Shown here: positions 29,619 to 43,827 of the stretch, piece by piece
Layout of the letters: each line of letters opens with the position of its first letter
Numbering within the stretch: the stretch's first letter is position 1
DNA from: Octopus bimaculoides
Taxonomy: Eukaryota
Assembly (NCBI RefSeq): GCF_001194135.2
Contig: NC_069001.1
Span: 25,518,260-25,580,679 of the forward strand
DNA: 62,420 nucleotides
Direction: 5' to 3'
Made by a program: the position numbers and the translations under genes
Notes under the pieces: generated by a model
The model's database searches: none
What the model saw: the letters and a program-made list of their open reading frames with translations, nothing else
Told to the model about the DNA's origin: nothing

Positions 29619-30917
29619 TCGCGTGCAGATGTATGTAAACGAACAAAATCGATTTAATCCCTAATTCTACAGCTACTTCATCAACACTCACAAACTGGTG
29701 TGAATTTGAGTGAATTTTAATCGGTTTAATTTGAAATTTAGTGATTGAATCTGACACATTTATGTTTTAATAGTTACAAAAACTATCTTGATGGCTGCAG
29801 AAAGAAGAAAAAATTAGATTAGGGATTTTCTCATTAGTAGTGAAAAGCGAAAACACTGGGAAATATAAAAAAATTTGAACTGTTGAATATTAATGATTAC
29901 CCCACAAAAGAAAAAATAGAATAAGAATGCGCATAGGAGGCCGAAATTGGTGAACAATAAAAAAAAAAGGATAACGTAACGTGGAGGCGTGAAAAAAATC
30001 AACGAAACAAATTTCGGAATAAAATATTATATTTTGCTCTGTCTATTGATTGAACATTTTTTAATCAACAAAAAGGTTATTGAGAAAAATGTATAAATAA
30101 AATAAAGACCCCATTTTTTTCCCAAAGTGTTTTCTCTGATTTAATATGAATACAATTTTTCATAACAAAAAGAGAAAAATCTGGAAAAGTTAGTAAATAT
30201 ATTTTAAATGTTTTAATTAATGAATGCAAATTTATGTAAGATTGCGAAAGAATCACATGATTTAAAAAAAAAAAAAATTCGTTCAACACAGAGGCAAAAT
30301 ATTTTAATGCGATTCTGTTCAGCATTCGACTTTGTACAAAGTCAGAATCGTTTCGATCCATCTGGGTCGTTAGATATGTATCAGCGCGAACTGAGCTCGT
30401 GCTAACCGACTTATATCATTTTCAAAATCTAAAGTATTTCGTCTATTTTGCGCGTACCCAGTGAGTCCTCGACATTTCATCATATCTTGTGATTGTTTTC
30501 TTTACACGAAGAGGGTACGATTCGAATTAAGCCAGCGTTGGCAATAAGGCGTAAGAGAAAGTGGAAGAAAATGTAACTTATGTAAATTTGAGCAATGATT
30601 TGTGACATTAAAGACATCGACAAGGTAACTACTATCACTAATACGATCATATTACAACTGCTAGCTATAGTAACTTTTACTATATTTATTACAACATATT
30701 TCACACATCAATATTGATAATTTAAAACACACTTATCGCTGTCATTGGATCGATTACAACTACAACAGCCATCAATATTACCACTTGTTCCGTTACTACT
30801 CTAACTATAACCACCATTACATCATACACCAGTACTGCATCTGCTACAATCACAAGCAATACCAGCACCAACATCCGTACCTATGATCAGTTGCAGTACA
30901 CTATCCCTATAAATACT

Positions 30918-31130
30918 AGTTTCAAATTTTGGCACAAGGCCAGCAATTTGGGGGAAGGTATAAGACGATTACCTTAACCCCAGTGTTCAACTGGTATTTA
31001 TTTCATCCATCCCAAAATTATAAAAGGCAAAGCTGACCTCGAAGGCAAAGTTGACCTCATAACGTGAAGACAGAAGAAATGCTGCAAAGACTTGTTCCCA
31101 GCTTGCTAACGATTCTGCCAGCTCGCTGCC
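30918..31130 (-). mobile_element. SINE family A copy
   Basis: agtttcaaattttggcacaaggccagcaatttggggg…aaaggcaaag(c/t)tgacctc…gctaacgattctgccagctcgctgcc. Confidence 0.88.
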
Positions 31131-31167
31131 TTTCTATCCTTACCAAGATTATTAAAATCATTAACAA

Positions 31168-31357
31168 ATCGGTGAGCAGGCGGAAACGGTAGCACGCCGG
31201 ACAAATGGCTTAATGGTGTTTCGCCTTTCTTCAACTTCTAAGTTCAAATTACGCCTTGATTGATAAAATAAATAGAAGTTGAGCATTGGGGTCGATGTGA
31301 TCGATTAGCCCCTTCTCAAGAATTGCTGATCCTATGCCAAAATTTCAAGCTAATATT
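31168..31357 (+). mobile_element. SINE family A copy with core deletion, head-to-head with 30918-31130
   Basis: cggtgagcaggcggaaacggtagcacgccggacaaatggctta…aagttcaaatt…ggggtcgatgtgatcgatt…atgccaaaattt. Confidence 0.8.
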
Positions 31358-31498
31358 ACCACCACCATCATCATCATCACTACGATCCCCAATATTTTTG
31401 TCCCTCTATCAGTATGACTACTTTGCCACAACTGCAGTTGTTATTGCCAGCACTAATACAGCCACCAGTAACAAGCTGCTCATAAAATTAACGTACAA

Positions 31499-31728
31499 AG
31501 GCTGAGTACTCCGTAGACACGCTTAATCTTAACGTAATTCTCCGGGAGATTCAGTGTGATATAGAATATGACAAGGTAGGACTTTTGAAATACCGCTGCT
31601 ACTCACTCTGGCAGCTAAGTGGGCTGCATCAGCCTGAAATATAGTGTCTTGCTTAAGAACAAAACGTGCTGACAGACATCAAGATGACGACCTTACGATC
31701 GTTAACCGATTACGTTTACCACTAAGGT
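31499..31728 (-). mobile_element. tRNA-derived SINE with a different head and middle but the family-B 3' domain
   Basis: Minus strand: ccttagtggtaaacg…cgatcgtaaggtcgt…ttcttaagcaagacact…tcacactgaatctcccggagaattacgttaag…gtgtctacggagtactcagcc. The last part matches 27960-28022 and 44720-44780. Confidence 0.75.
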
Positions 31729-32185
31729 GCGCATCTCCAACAACAAGCTACACTTCAACCAACAGAACTTCGAATTCGACCACTGAGATCGCTTCAATAA
31801 TATTACGAAAGTTAGAATTACAATCGATTTTATGACTCCTAAACTATTCACCATCATTACAAATTTGTCAAGACAGTCATTGAATATACTAGGTTAACAA
31901 TCATCAACACTTATGAAAATGTATTGAAATAATGGTAAAAATAAGGATGTTGTCTGTAGAACTCATTGAGTTGTTGATGTTGATGGTAGAAGTAAAATGA
32001 TACACTCACTAATTTATGGGAGGGACATTGCTAAGATTTAGATGAAAAAAAAATATGCCTGTACAATCATATATAACATGTTCCTGAACACACAGACAAA
32101 GAGAGAGATCTAAATAATTCTATTCTACTTCGACAAAGCGTCGCACTCATTTGAAATTACTACATTTGCTGTTCAGTTATGAGAA

Positions 32186-32483
32186 TCTACTATAATAATT
32201 ATCTTGTGTTTTTCTCTGTCACTACATATGAATGGGAAAAGAAAGGGTGATAGATAAATAAAGAGGGGAGAAACGATGGTAAACTGGTGTGATGGTGAAC
32301 ATTCAACGCTGAAATAGGAAATCAGCGTATCAACTCTGTGTAAGTATTTGTGTGTATGTGTATGCGTGTACAAGGGAAGAATGTAAATGTACGTGAACAT
32401 GAACAAGTGTATTAATTTGATTTACCAATGGTATTTATATATAAAACATTAGCCGTCATTTTTGACAATACGGAGTCTGCTAG
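32186..32483 (+). mobile_element. Short non-autonomous Helitron
   Basis: Begins A|TCTACTATAATAAT and ends with subterminal hairpin gccgtca-tttt-tgaca then CTAG|T, i.e. an AT target with no TSD. Both ends are shared with 48631-48915. Confidence 0.8.
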
Positions 32484-33059
32484 TGAAAAATGATTGTGTT
32501 TGAATCTCGACTCCAAAGCCATTGCTAACTATACACAACAACGCAGTTACATATGCCCCGAGGTCAAATAGGGACAAACAGAGACCAGTGGTGGTCTTAC
32601 ACATATATTCGCTATATGGGAAATATTTTCTGTTCAGATAGTCTCTACAACGTATGTCTTCCAATTTTGGGATGTATGCGAATATGTTAAATAAGTTTGT
32701 ACTCAGTGTAGTTTTATTCTCAATCATCATAACTTCGCTCCTCACCTTAAATCTGTTTATCCTATCACACAAAGTTTTCATCTTTTATACACATATATAT
32801 GTAAATACGTAATGATGTGTATAAATATGACTGTATTTTATCTGACATCCTTGTCAACACACGTATCTTACTACCCGTCATTCTGCCACTCACTCACTCA
32901 CTATCTCTTAGTATGTTTCCACCAGGTTCTCTCACCTAGTTTATCTTTCTCAATGACGAATTCTTTACTTCTCTGCCTCTAAAACACAAGAGCATACGAA
33001 TGTGATCAGCTGAAGAATAGATGTTGTAGACATCCAGGAGATATACAGAGACTATCCAC

Positions 33060-33106
<47 letters not shown>

Positions 33107-33340
33107 NNNNNNNNNNNNNNNNNNNNNNNNNNNNNNNNNNNNNNNNNNNNNNNNNNNNNNNNNNNNNNNNNNNNNNNNNNNNNNNNNNNNNNNNNNNNNN
33201 NNNNNNNNNNNNNNNNNNNNNNNNNNNNNNNNNNNNNNNNNNNNNNNNNNNNNNNNNNNNNNNNNNNNNNNNNNNNNNNNNNNNNNNNNNNNNNNNTATA
33301 TATATACATACATACATATATATGTAATCATATATATATG

Positions 33341-33372
<32 letters not shown>

Positions 33373-33435
33373 TGTATATATTTATATATATATATATATA
33401 TATATATTGTACGTATGTGCATGCAGACATACGTA

Positions 33436-33469
<34 letters not shown>

Positions 33470-33834
33470 TATATATATAGAGAGAGAGGGTGTAGAGAGA
33501 AGAGAGAGTATCACTATCTATATATCTCCCTCTTTATATATATATACACATATTCAATGCATGTAAGTGTATGCAGTTATGTATAGATGTATGTGTACGG
33601 GTATGCAGATATGTATACATATATTTAGACACTATCTTAGATCATCCCACTTCAGGCTCCTTAACACGTACAATTCAGCATCAATCTTAGGTTACATTTG
33701 TTTATATAATTTGCTCCAGGCATTCATTCAGCAGATTACTTGGAGTGTTTGGTGGAGATAGGAGCTTAATTCTGTCAAAACACCACATTCACTCAAATGC
33801 ATACATGTATTTCTCTTTCACTCCCATTATTTTG

Positions 33835-33870
<36 letters not shown>

Positions 33871-34186
33871 GCATATATTCATGTATGTCTCACTGTGTTT
33901 AGTTTCCTTTTATACGTTTCAGAGTCTGAGAGCTTCGTGTATGTTTTATGTATTGCGGCATGTTAGACATCGGATGAAGTTTCTAATTGCTTGCCATTCA
34001 TCTTAACAACATCCCTTAGACAGTCACATCTCTGGTGCAAGTACAATGCTAATCAATTTATCTCTAGTTATTTATTTTTTTCGTTGTACACACGCAAGCA
34101 CACACAGACACACACACTCACACAGAGACACAAGAACATACATTTGCGTTCGTATGTGTTGACATATACATTTAAACATAGATACG

Positions 34187-34220
<34 letters not shown>

Positions 34221-35779
34221 TATGTGTGTGCGTGTGTGTGTGTGTGTGTATATAATACAAACACCCACATAAACACAATTTGACACTGTCTCTTACGCAC
34301 ACTTACATATATTTATCGTCATACATCTATATACAGACGCATCCGCATATACACATGCGCTATTCTTATTTTTAGTTTTACCTGAAAATACTTGGCGACG
34401 GACTTCCATTTAAATGCGGTCATGGGTAAAAGCTCAGTACGTGTTTGTAAATAAAGGTACATGTATGTGACTGCGGGTTCAGGGAATTTTATGCTGAATA
34501 GCGATTTATGTTTGTATATATGAGAGTTTGTTTGTATTAAGTGCTTCTGAGGGCCAATGTTTATTCGGTCTTTCAGAATTTCGTCTAAAGCCAGTGTATC
34601 CCTGGGATTCTGCCGCTAACTGAAGGTTTAAACGATGTATGTAATGCAAGGAATATCTGTGTATTTAAAATAACTTAGTAATGGGTGTTTTGAAAGGCAT
34701 GTGTATCTTCGCTCGCGAACATACACATACAGACGCGCGCATGCAACATAATAGCTACATCTTTACAAACAGACACAAGCACAATTTGAATATATATTGT
34801 TCGACATACACGCAAAAGAAATGTAGATTTTCTCTATTACAAAACTTCACAGATATATACGCGGAAACACATACACACCTTCGCGTACGCACTCACATAC
34901 ACGAATGAAAACATTGTTATTTGAGTATCTGCTTAAAAGCATAAAATCAAGACTATGAAACAACTATTAAATATTTCTAAATGTAGCACCCAAGTTCGTT
35001 CCATGCTGTCGTTACTGTTCTTGTGTGCAACTTGGTCAAATTGTGTCTATATATATTTTTATGTGCTCATGTATGTAAACATGTGTTATTTTGTTGTATA
35101 TGTAGAGTGCCTTTAATTTCCTGTCTGTATGTAGTTAAGGAAAGTAAATGAATATGTCGGAGCGAGTATCTGTAACGATTGTTAAATATATTCTCTGTGA
35201 TTATGAATAGATATGTATATTAATGTGTAAACGAATGTGAAACTCATATAATTATCGTTTAGTGAAACCATACGTGTCTCTATATTAGCGTGTGTATTTT
35301 AAGAGTGGAATGAGAAAAATAGTGAGGAAGGAGTGATTTTAGGGACGAGTTGTAAACAATTTAATTTCTTATTCATTACTTCCGTTTGTTGTGTCTCATT
35401 GCAGACTATTTGGGGTAGTGTCCTTTATCATACGTTCGCTGCGACCCAATCCTAGCGAGTGAAGTTAGGCAGACTGAAGCTGCGGAAGATCACATGGAAT
35501 TGATTGTAATTGTTATTTACAGGCCGTTACGCTTGTGGCGCCCGAGGTTTACATGAAACATAACAGGCTCCTGGACATTTGTCTGTTTGTGCTATCATTT
35601 AATCAGTCCGGTGGTCTCATTTTTTGAATGCTATCTCGAGATTTAGGTATGGGGGTTGTTCTTAGAGCAGTATTTCGTTCAGCTTTCACGAAGCTCTGAC
35701 TAAACTTAGAAAGGAACAAAGTGAAATAGACTGCCACTGAATTTAAATGATTTTCTTTTGACATTATAGTTTAGCATGA

Positions 35780-35996
35780 GGCAGTGAGACGGCAGCTTTG
35801 TAAGCACGCCGGCGAAAATGCTTAGCGGCGTTTCCACCGTCTTTACTTTCTCATTTCAAATTCCACCGAGGTCGACTTTGCTTTCCCTCATGTCGAAAAA
35901 ATAAATGCCACACGGGCACAAGGCGGACGGGGCGATGTAATCAACTTAGACTTTACTGGAAACCGCTGGCCTTATGCCAAAATGTGAAACCAATAT
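35780..35996 (+). mobile_element. SINE family A copy
   Basis: taagcacgccggcgaaaatgcttagcggcg…ttcaaattccaccgaggtcgactttgctttc…gctggccttatgccaaaatgtgaaaccaatat. Confidence 0.85.
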
Positions 35997-36044
35997 AATT
36001 TAGCTCAGGCGCTCGGTGGCATTTCTTCCAATTTTTCATTCTGT

Positions 36045-36175
36045 GATAAATTTCCACCGAAGTCTACTATACCTGCCATCTTATTGGGGTCGTTAAAATA
36101 AATTGCAGCTGGGCACTCGCGTCGGTGAAATCGACATTCCTCACCCCGAAAATGAAGCCCTTGTACCAAAATCGT
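36045..36175 (+). mobile_element. SINE family A, 3' half
   Basis: aaatttccaccgaagtctactatacc…ggggtcgttaaaataa…gtcggtgaaatcgac…gcccttgtaccaaaat. Confidence 0.65.
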
Positions 36176-37319
36176 AAGCCATCATTTATATTTTTGCTAT
36201 GCAGTGCTATGTATGTATACATGCAAGTAGGTAGGTANNNNNNNNNNNNNNNNNNNNNNNNNNNNNNNNNNNNNNNNNNNNNNNNNNNNNNNNNNNNNNN
36301 NNNNNNNNNNNNNNNNNNNNNNNNNNNNNNNNNNNNNNNNNNNNNNNNNNNNNNNNNNNNNNNNNNNNNNNNNNNNNNNNNNNNNNNNNNNNNNNNNNNN
36401 NNNNNNNNNNNNNNNNNNNNNNNNNNNNNNNNNNNNNNNNNNNNNNNNNNNNNNNNNNNNNNNNNNNNNNNNNNNNNNNNNNNNNNNNNNNNNNNNNNNN
36501 NNNNNNNNNNNNNNNTGTGTGTGTGTGTGTGTGTGTGTATGTAATGTTTGTCTAATGCATATTCGAAAAACGAAATATAACCTGCAGCAGTCTCGTTTAT
36601 TGCAGGAAAATTTCCCACGTTGCCCTGATTTCTGAATAACAACTCACAGCTTCATAACCTATCCTGCTTTTAACTAATTATTCTATGGAGCGGCACATAA
36701 ACGCAACCCACTGTGGGATACGAACACGTAACTATAACAAAAACACCAAGAGATCTGGCATCTTGTCAAAAAATGAAAGATTCGTTACAAACGAAATTTT
36801 CGCCAGTATATTCATCATATTGTTTTAGTTTCAAATATTTTACGTTAGTATTCAAATCCCAATAGAGTCACTTTTAACTTTTAACCTGTGAGTTTTCTCG
36901 ACTAATTAGTGTCTGCAACTGTAGAGAGAGTAGCAACTGCAGCAGCAGCATCAATAGCACCAGCAGCCGCGTCAGCAAGAACAGCAACAGAAGCAACAAT
37001 CTTCCATCGGTGTGGCGGGTTTGTGTTTCTTTTACACTGACATATTCTTGGCAAGTAGCTAAAATACACGACATGAAGCCTCTTGAAAGAGATAAGATAA
37101 CTTGGCATCAAAATAAAAGAAGGAAACTATACCTTCCGTAAAACTCTTATGCGAAAGTAAGATAAGACAATTGGTATAAGTATAATCGTACGATTTTATG
37201 AGCAATATGTCATATACCAGATATCATTGTAAGATGTATGAGACTATGATATAGATGTTAGAGAGAATTATGATTGAAGACTAAGATGTTCGTGATATAT
37301 CAAACATATGTAAACAACG

Positions 37320-37356
<37 letters not shown>

Positions 37357-37422
37357 NNNNNNNNNNNNNNNNNNNNNNNNNNNNNNNNNNNNNNNNNNNN
37401 NNNNNNNNNNNNNNNNNNNNNN

Positions 37423-37463
<41 letters not shown>

Positions 37464-37809
37464 TGGTAACTCTGAGAATATATATTTATATATATATATA
37501 GATATATATATATACATACACACACACGTGTGTGTTTGCGTGTGCGTGTGTGTGTGTGTGTGTATTGTTTTATGCATGTATATGTGTAGAAAAGTGAGTA
37601 GGTGTACATACATAGTGCATACATACCAGCAAACGTATATAGAGACAGACATAAATCGATCGATCGGTCATTCGATAGATATATAGATAGATAGAGAGGT
37701 CCAGCTACATGTGCCCTACAAACCAGATAATAATAATAACAATATTAATAATGATAATAGTGGTAATATATGTGAGTGCCTGCGTGTGTATGTGAGCGTA
37801 TGAATATAA

Positions 37810-37845
<36 letters not shown>

Positions 37846-38223
37846 GCTCACACACACACACATATATATATACGCACATCTATATGTGAGTATGAGGGGA
37901 TGTTTTGTGTGTATGTATTTAAGAAGCCTCTTCATTGTTTACAGCAGAGAACATCCAAGGGAATTCCACACTTTCGTTTAACTTGATTTCGAGATCAAGG
38001 TCCTTGGGAATCTATAGAAATAGTAACACTCCAACATACCATGCTTTCAGATCGAAAACGTGTGCCGTAATCAAGTAGTAAATAGAATATCTGCCACACC
38101 CCTCACACATAAGTTAACAGAGATGATAGAGCGAGAAAGAGAGAGTGAATGAAAGAGACACACAGAGGGAAACAATGTTTAATAAATACATTAAGCTTAA
38201 CATTAAAGTATAGGCCTAGAAAT

Positions 38224-38690
38224 TTGACATTCTTGCTAATCTCTTGTAAGTCCCGGAATAGTGGACTGCATATAGTGAGCATGCTGACCAACTACATGTC
38301 TTCCGCAAAGGCTATTTCAGGTAACGTACGGCCAATCATTAAAAGACCTGTTTAGCAAGTATAAGTCTAATGTCGACCTGTTTAGCAAGTATAAGTTTGA
38401 CGGAAACGGGAGCTTCCTTATTCAATCGCAATTTCACTGAGCAAGCCATGTCGTTAGAATGAGTTACGAAAGAATACGCAAAGTCTTCCTGTACAGCCCG
38501 CTTGACAGAGGGCCCAGGAAAGTTGGTCGACCATATAAGTACAAGCCGAAGAGTGTATAATGACAGCCACGCAAGGACAACCTCTAAACAGTAAATATAG
38601 CTCACGAAACCTTAGTTCAAATAACCTTGGAATGAACAAAATCATGTGAAACTGGTATAAGGGACTTTGTTGTAAGCAAAATAAAGCTCT
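38224..38690 (+). mobile_element. Decayed RTE-clade LINE, 3' part of ORF
   Basis: LTFLLISCKSR (cf. LxTLLYGCExW), then FLIQSQFH*ASHVVRMSYERIRKVFLYSPLDRGPRKVGRP, matching the recalled RTE motif QLRWAGHVxRMxxxRIPKxxLYGxLxxGxRxxGRP. A 22-bp direct repeat gacctgtttagcaagtataagt lies at 38345 and 38375. Confidence 0.8.
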
Positions 38691-38711
38691 GCTCATTCGC
38701 TGGCTTGGTAT

Positions 38712-38876
38712 GAACACACCACAGACACGCTTACACACACCTTCCGACTATCAAATACACTCACAGATATTCACTCATGGCCTGGAGCTATAGTAGAAGG
38801 CACTTGCCCAAAGTACCGTGCAGTAAGATTTAACCCAAAGCCATGTTATTGGGAAGCGCACTTCTTAACTGCACAT
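38712..38876 (-). mobile_element. CORE-type SINE family C, 5' half
   Basis: Minus strand: gttaagaagtgcgcttcccaataacatgg…ggtactttgggcaagtgccttctactatagc, with a CORE-like TTGGGCAAGT motif. Confidence 0.75.
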
Positions 38877-39914
38877 ATGTGTTGGTTTCCTTTTCGTATT
38901 TAATTTGCAAGATTCTGATTCGTGTGTTGAAACGAATCTTCTCTCTTGAGACAGTAATTATGCCAATAATGTTAAACACACATGCTATTTCAGTATCACT
39001 AACAACTAACCGAACTATTGACGAACACTGAAGAAACGATATTGAACCAGTGCGTGTGTTTATTATTTTTGGCATATTGACTCATCCAGTATACAATAAT
39101 GTACGCTAGCACTTAGCAAAAGTACTCCAGATTTTATCGTGTTTTACTTTTAATTAAGCAGATTGGAAGAGGTGTAAAGTACCAACTATGTAGCTAATTG
39201 ACTTTTTGTAAGTTTTCTATATTAACAAGTTCCATTTTCAATTATTGTGTTTCTTACTAACTTCTAACTGTGATGCATTCATTTATATTTATTTGCATTT
39301 CTGTCAACTGGGGCGTCCTCAGAGTGGTTCCATAATAGAAACGAGAAAGGGGTATTCAGTTATATACAGAAATATACTGAGGGGCATATTGTTGGATGAA
39401 TTCATAGTAAGAGAGAGATAGAGAGATAGAGGGGGAGATGCAGAGATCGAGAAGGGTAGATAGAGACAAACAAATAGACAGATAAACAGAGACGCGGAAA
39501 TCGGGAGATGAGTAGATAGTCTAACGTAGTGTAATAAAAATGTACCGACAGAGGGTAGAGAAGATAGAACGGCAGAGTAAGGTGTGAAAAGAATATAAGT
39601 GAGAGAATCAGATGTGTAGATGGAATACAGCAGACGACTCTAGATCAAAACACAACACGTGAGAGTGGTAAAAATAAAATGACAGAGAGACTGTAGTGGC
39701 CGACAGGGAGAAGTTTAAGGAGACCGACTGAAAGTTTTAGACACAATGGCATAGAAAGGAAACTTGATACACGGGGTTGGCGAGCTGCGATAGATTGAAA
39801 AGGTGTTGATTTACAGATAAGAAATGACATGCAGAAAAAAGAACAAGAGACACAGTGAGAAAGAGGATGAGAGAGATAAGCGAGAGAGAGAGAGAGAGGG
39901 TGAGAGAGGGGGCG

Positions 39915-39945
<31 letters not shown>

Positions 39946-40709
39946 CAGTAAGGAAAACAGGCAGAGAAATAAGAAAGAGGGATACATGTACCAAACTGAA
40001 ATGTAGTTAGAAAGGGAGGAACATAGAGATAAACTGAAAAGTTAGTTACTTACGAATCGACATAAAGACATAAAGGAACGCGTATGTATATAAGGGAGAA
40101 AGATAAGTAGATATGCAGATGGATAAGTAGGTATATAAAATGTGCATGTATAACAACTATACTTCTTGATGTTTATTTGTAAATATGTCTGTATGTAATG
40201 CATGTAAAATACTGAACGAATGTGTAAATAATAGATAGGAAAGTAGGATAGGAAAGTCTGATTAATAATGTAGAGATAATTCTATTACGCTCCAGTCGGG
40301 TAGCCTGCTGGGTACGCTGTTGGTAACATGTGTCCCCTGTAGGGTAAATACGATCGCCATATTGATTTTATTTCATTTATCAGACAGAATTAATGAGCTG
40401 TGTGTATTTCGGGGTAGATTTATTGCTTGCTCCGGTTTACGCTAATTTCGCCTTCTCTCTCTCTCTCTCTCTCCTCTCACCTTTCTCTCTTTGCCACACA
40501 ATTGTATCTATTTTTCTTTTCCTCTCTTTCTCATGCTTGTTCTCTACACGTACGGAAGCATACACACACACACCAACCCACACACACTCCCACGCACACA
40601 TTCACACACAGCAAGCGTACACACATATCTAAACTGTTGCATGTCCTTGAGTGCGACTGTGTGCGCCTGTGTGTATACATACACACATATATATGTATAT
40701 GTCTGTATA

Positions 40710-40777
<68 letters not shown>

Positions 40778-42286
40778 TAGGTATATATACTTATATATGT
40801 AAGTATATATGTGTGTGTGAGATTCTCTGTGTGTATACATACATATATGTTATTCTTTTTAATCTCTCTAGTGATGTATTTGCTAGTGCACCGCCCTCAC
40901 GACATTAAGTCGATCATATCGACCCCATCTACTTTGCTACGAAGTTTCTCATTCTCTAAGACTCTCTCCATATCCATTTCTCCACCTATGCGTCTATATG
41001 TCTATGTATGTATGTATCTATCAGCCTCTCTATTAATATATGTGTGTCTATCCATTTATTAACATAACTAGATATCAACCTCGATCTATATACATATGTG
41101 TATACAAACGCACACACATGAATATGAAAAAGGAAGACGGATCTCATGGTGTACAATTATGTTATTGCTGATCAATGAAAATGTGTTATAAATATATAAA
41201 CCTAATATATATTTATATCGTTCACTTTTATGTCAATGGTGTAAATCTGCTTCCTTGACTGATGTTTATCTCAGATTTTTCGGCTTACTTCATTGGGTTC
41301 AAGTAATTTTTAACACTCAAAGAATAATAATGCCCTATGCCAAGAGAATGAATATATGCGCAAGATATATTAAATGTACTTTGGATTGAAACGATCCAAG
41401 CAAAGAGCTGCAGTATTGTGTGTAAAGCTGAACTATTTGTTAAATGTCCTTCAAATTACATATTCAAATTGAAAAGGAAAGAAGATTTGCATCTGTAGGA
41501 CACGACATCAATGGCCGAGAAAACTTGGCATTGATCATAGATTTTCTGTATCAGATCTGAGTAATAGTTAAAGAGCCATAACCACAATATTGTGTAAAAG
41601 ACAGTAGAATGTTTTGGAAAACATAATCTGAGGCTGTTATGTTTCTGATAGTTTTATGAAAATCCTACAAATGAAAGTATACATATGACTTTTACTTGCA
41701 ATTAATATTTATTGATTTTAGAATTAATATTTAGGGTACGTGGTAGTGTTTGTATTACGTTTTGATAACTGACATGTTGATTCTAAATCGCATTTTTTAA
41801 CCAAGTCATTAAATTTGATTTTGTGTGGAACAAGTTTGTAAGATGCTCATTAGAGGACTACAGATATAAATCAAGAAATGACACATTGTTCTTAATGGGA
41901 TTTGGAAGTGCAAATATCTGTGAATCTTCGAAGTTTGTCATCGAATTTCACTAATGAGAAGGATGTCGCCTAAATAACAGTGAGCGCTTTATAAAAAGAG
42001 ATTTGCATTTTGTCCCGATACGACAAATTTAATTGCCAAGAAAAATACAAATGACAGTTTAACAAGACTCTTTATTGCGTCCATGAACCAAAACACAGTT
42101 CTTCCAAAAGCTAACTTATCTGACCACATTCATTTGAGAATTCTAGGGTGTGTGGATATATATGTATATGTGTGTGTGTGTGTCTGTGTCTGTGTGTGTG
42201 CGCGCGCGTGCGTGTGTATTCATGTATATATATGAGTGAGTCTGTGTGTATTTATGCACGTATGTGTGTGTAAGTATGTATATATA

Positions 42287-42778
42287 CGGTCCATCAATAT
42301 TTTGAGGACAACTCTTTCAGGAGCTTTAACTGTTTTTGAAAGTTTTTGTAACTTTACTTTTCATATAAATAACATCAGGCATCACATTGAGTCAGCAAAT
42401 GCAAAAACACACTGTAATCGTTGTGATACAGAGATAGTGCGCTTCAGGAATGTTGCCCTCTCCTTCGTTATCTAAGTAGCTGCTGTTGGAGAGTCAACAT
42501 CAGCAGCTGAACGTAAAACTCATGCAACGAGTGAGATCCACTCTCAGAACACATAGTTTTGTACAAAATTCCCAAGAAACAAGCGATACCATCCACAGAA
42601 GATCAGTCAAAGCCATGCGAAGAACCTCAAGGTTTGAGAATGCACCATCAGAAGAGCTGTGCATGTAGGCATTAAATACAAGTCATACGTGATGCGGACG
42701 ATTCGGTTCATGTATGCGACAATCAAGGATCTTTCGATCTTTTCAAAGCGCATGCTAAACAAGTTAAAGCGCAAGGAT
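42287..42778 (+). mobile_element. Tc1/mariner-superfamily DNA transposon remnant (5' end plus N-terminal transposase fragment)
   Basis: Starts after TA (42285-6). RSTLRTHSFVQNSQETSD, frameshift, then 42590-42778 HPQKISQSHAKNLKV*ECTIRRAVHVGIKYKSYVMRTIRFMYATIKDLSIFSKRMLNKLK. This matches the recalled HTH region …SMRAIAKDLxVSExTIRRxVHEDIRYKSY…RSKRLLNKLK. Truncated by a (TG)n tract. Confidence 0.82.
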
Positions 42779-43827
42779 GGTGTGTGTGTTGGTGTTTGTG
42801 TATCTCTGTCTGTGTGTGTATCATATATCATATTTTAGATATTATATATAAACAACAAAGTGCTAATTTAATTAAGTGTATTAGAGTTTTCTTTTCAACA
42901 TTTCATTTGCATTAGTTCGTTTGGAATAAATGAAGTCCAACAGTTGATTTTCATAAATATTACCAGGTTAGCACAACCTCATCTTCAGGATACAGAATAG
43001 AGAGTTTTTTTTGTTTAGTTCATTCGTATAGTGGGTAGATCTCTTTCATGGAGATACTACATTTATTTTTTTTTTTTTATAGATAGATTTTATACTGAGA
43101 ATTCGACTATTATAAACTCCTGCTTCGACGCATCATCGCTGACGGGATCACTTTGCTTGTGAAAAGTGGATGTCGTCTCTGTTCTAAATGTAGCCTTGTG
43201 TTGTGATATATAATATTAATTCCTCATGTATCATCTATCTCAGGGGTGGGTTGAGGGGTGTTCTACAATATATGAATGTATTACTTCTTAATACTTTTCT
43301 ATTGAGTTTTCTTTTATTATGTCTAGAGCTGTGTTGTAATTGTTTCTTGTTGTAAATATATATTGTACTTGCGATGTTATCATAATATAGTGTTAGCATA
43401 GATCAATTCAACCTTTTCAATTTGAGTACCAACATTTATTTTTCAAGAAACGAAGAGCAAAAGAACAAACGTGTGCGCATTAAACTTCTATGACGAAAGA
43501 AAGGGCATAAGAAATATAAAACTAATACCATGCTTTATTTCGAAGTGAATAGAATAAGAATAATTATTTACAAAATAATAACGAAATACACAAATATAAA
43601 TAAACAAAAGAGACATATAGACAGAGAGAAGGGGAGGGAGGGAGAAAGAGCGAAAGAGAAAAAGTGAGAGGTAGAGAGATATTGAAAGAGAGAGAAAGAA
43701 AGACACAGAGAGAGATAGGATCACATAATATTGAAGAGTTTTCAGAATATTGCAGTATGTATAATTGAGAAAACGGGTGTGACATAAGTGTCCCATCTAC
43801 CTGCCCACATACAGTTTTGCGTGCAGT

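Noticed and set aside
32449-32781. 110-aa ORF next to the Helitron
   Set aside because: No recognisable motif, and its end runs into the Helitron terminus.
38345-38396. 22-bp direct repeats as a CRISPR-like array
   Set aside because: Only two units with an 8-bp spacer, inside an RTE fragment in eukaryotic DNA; a local tandem duplication.
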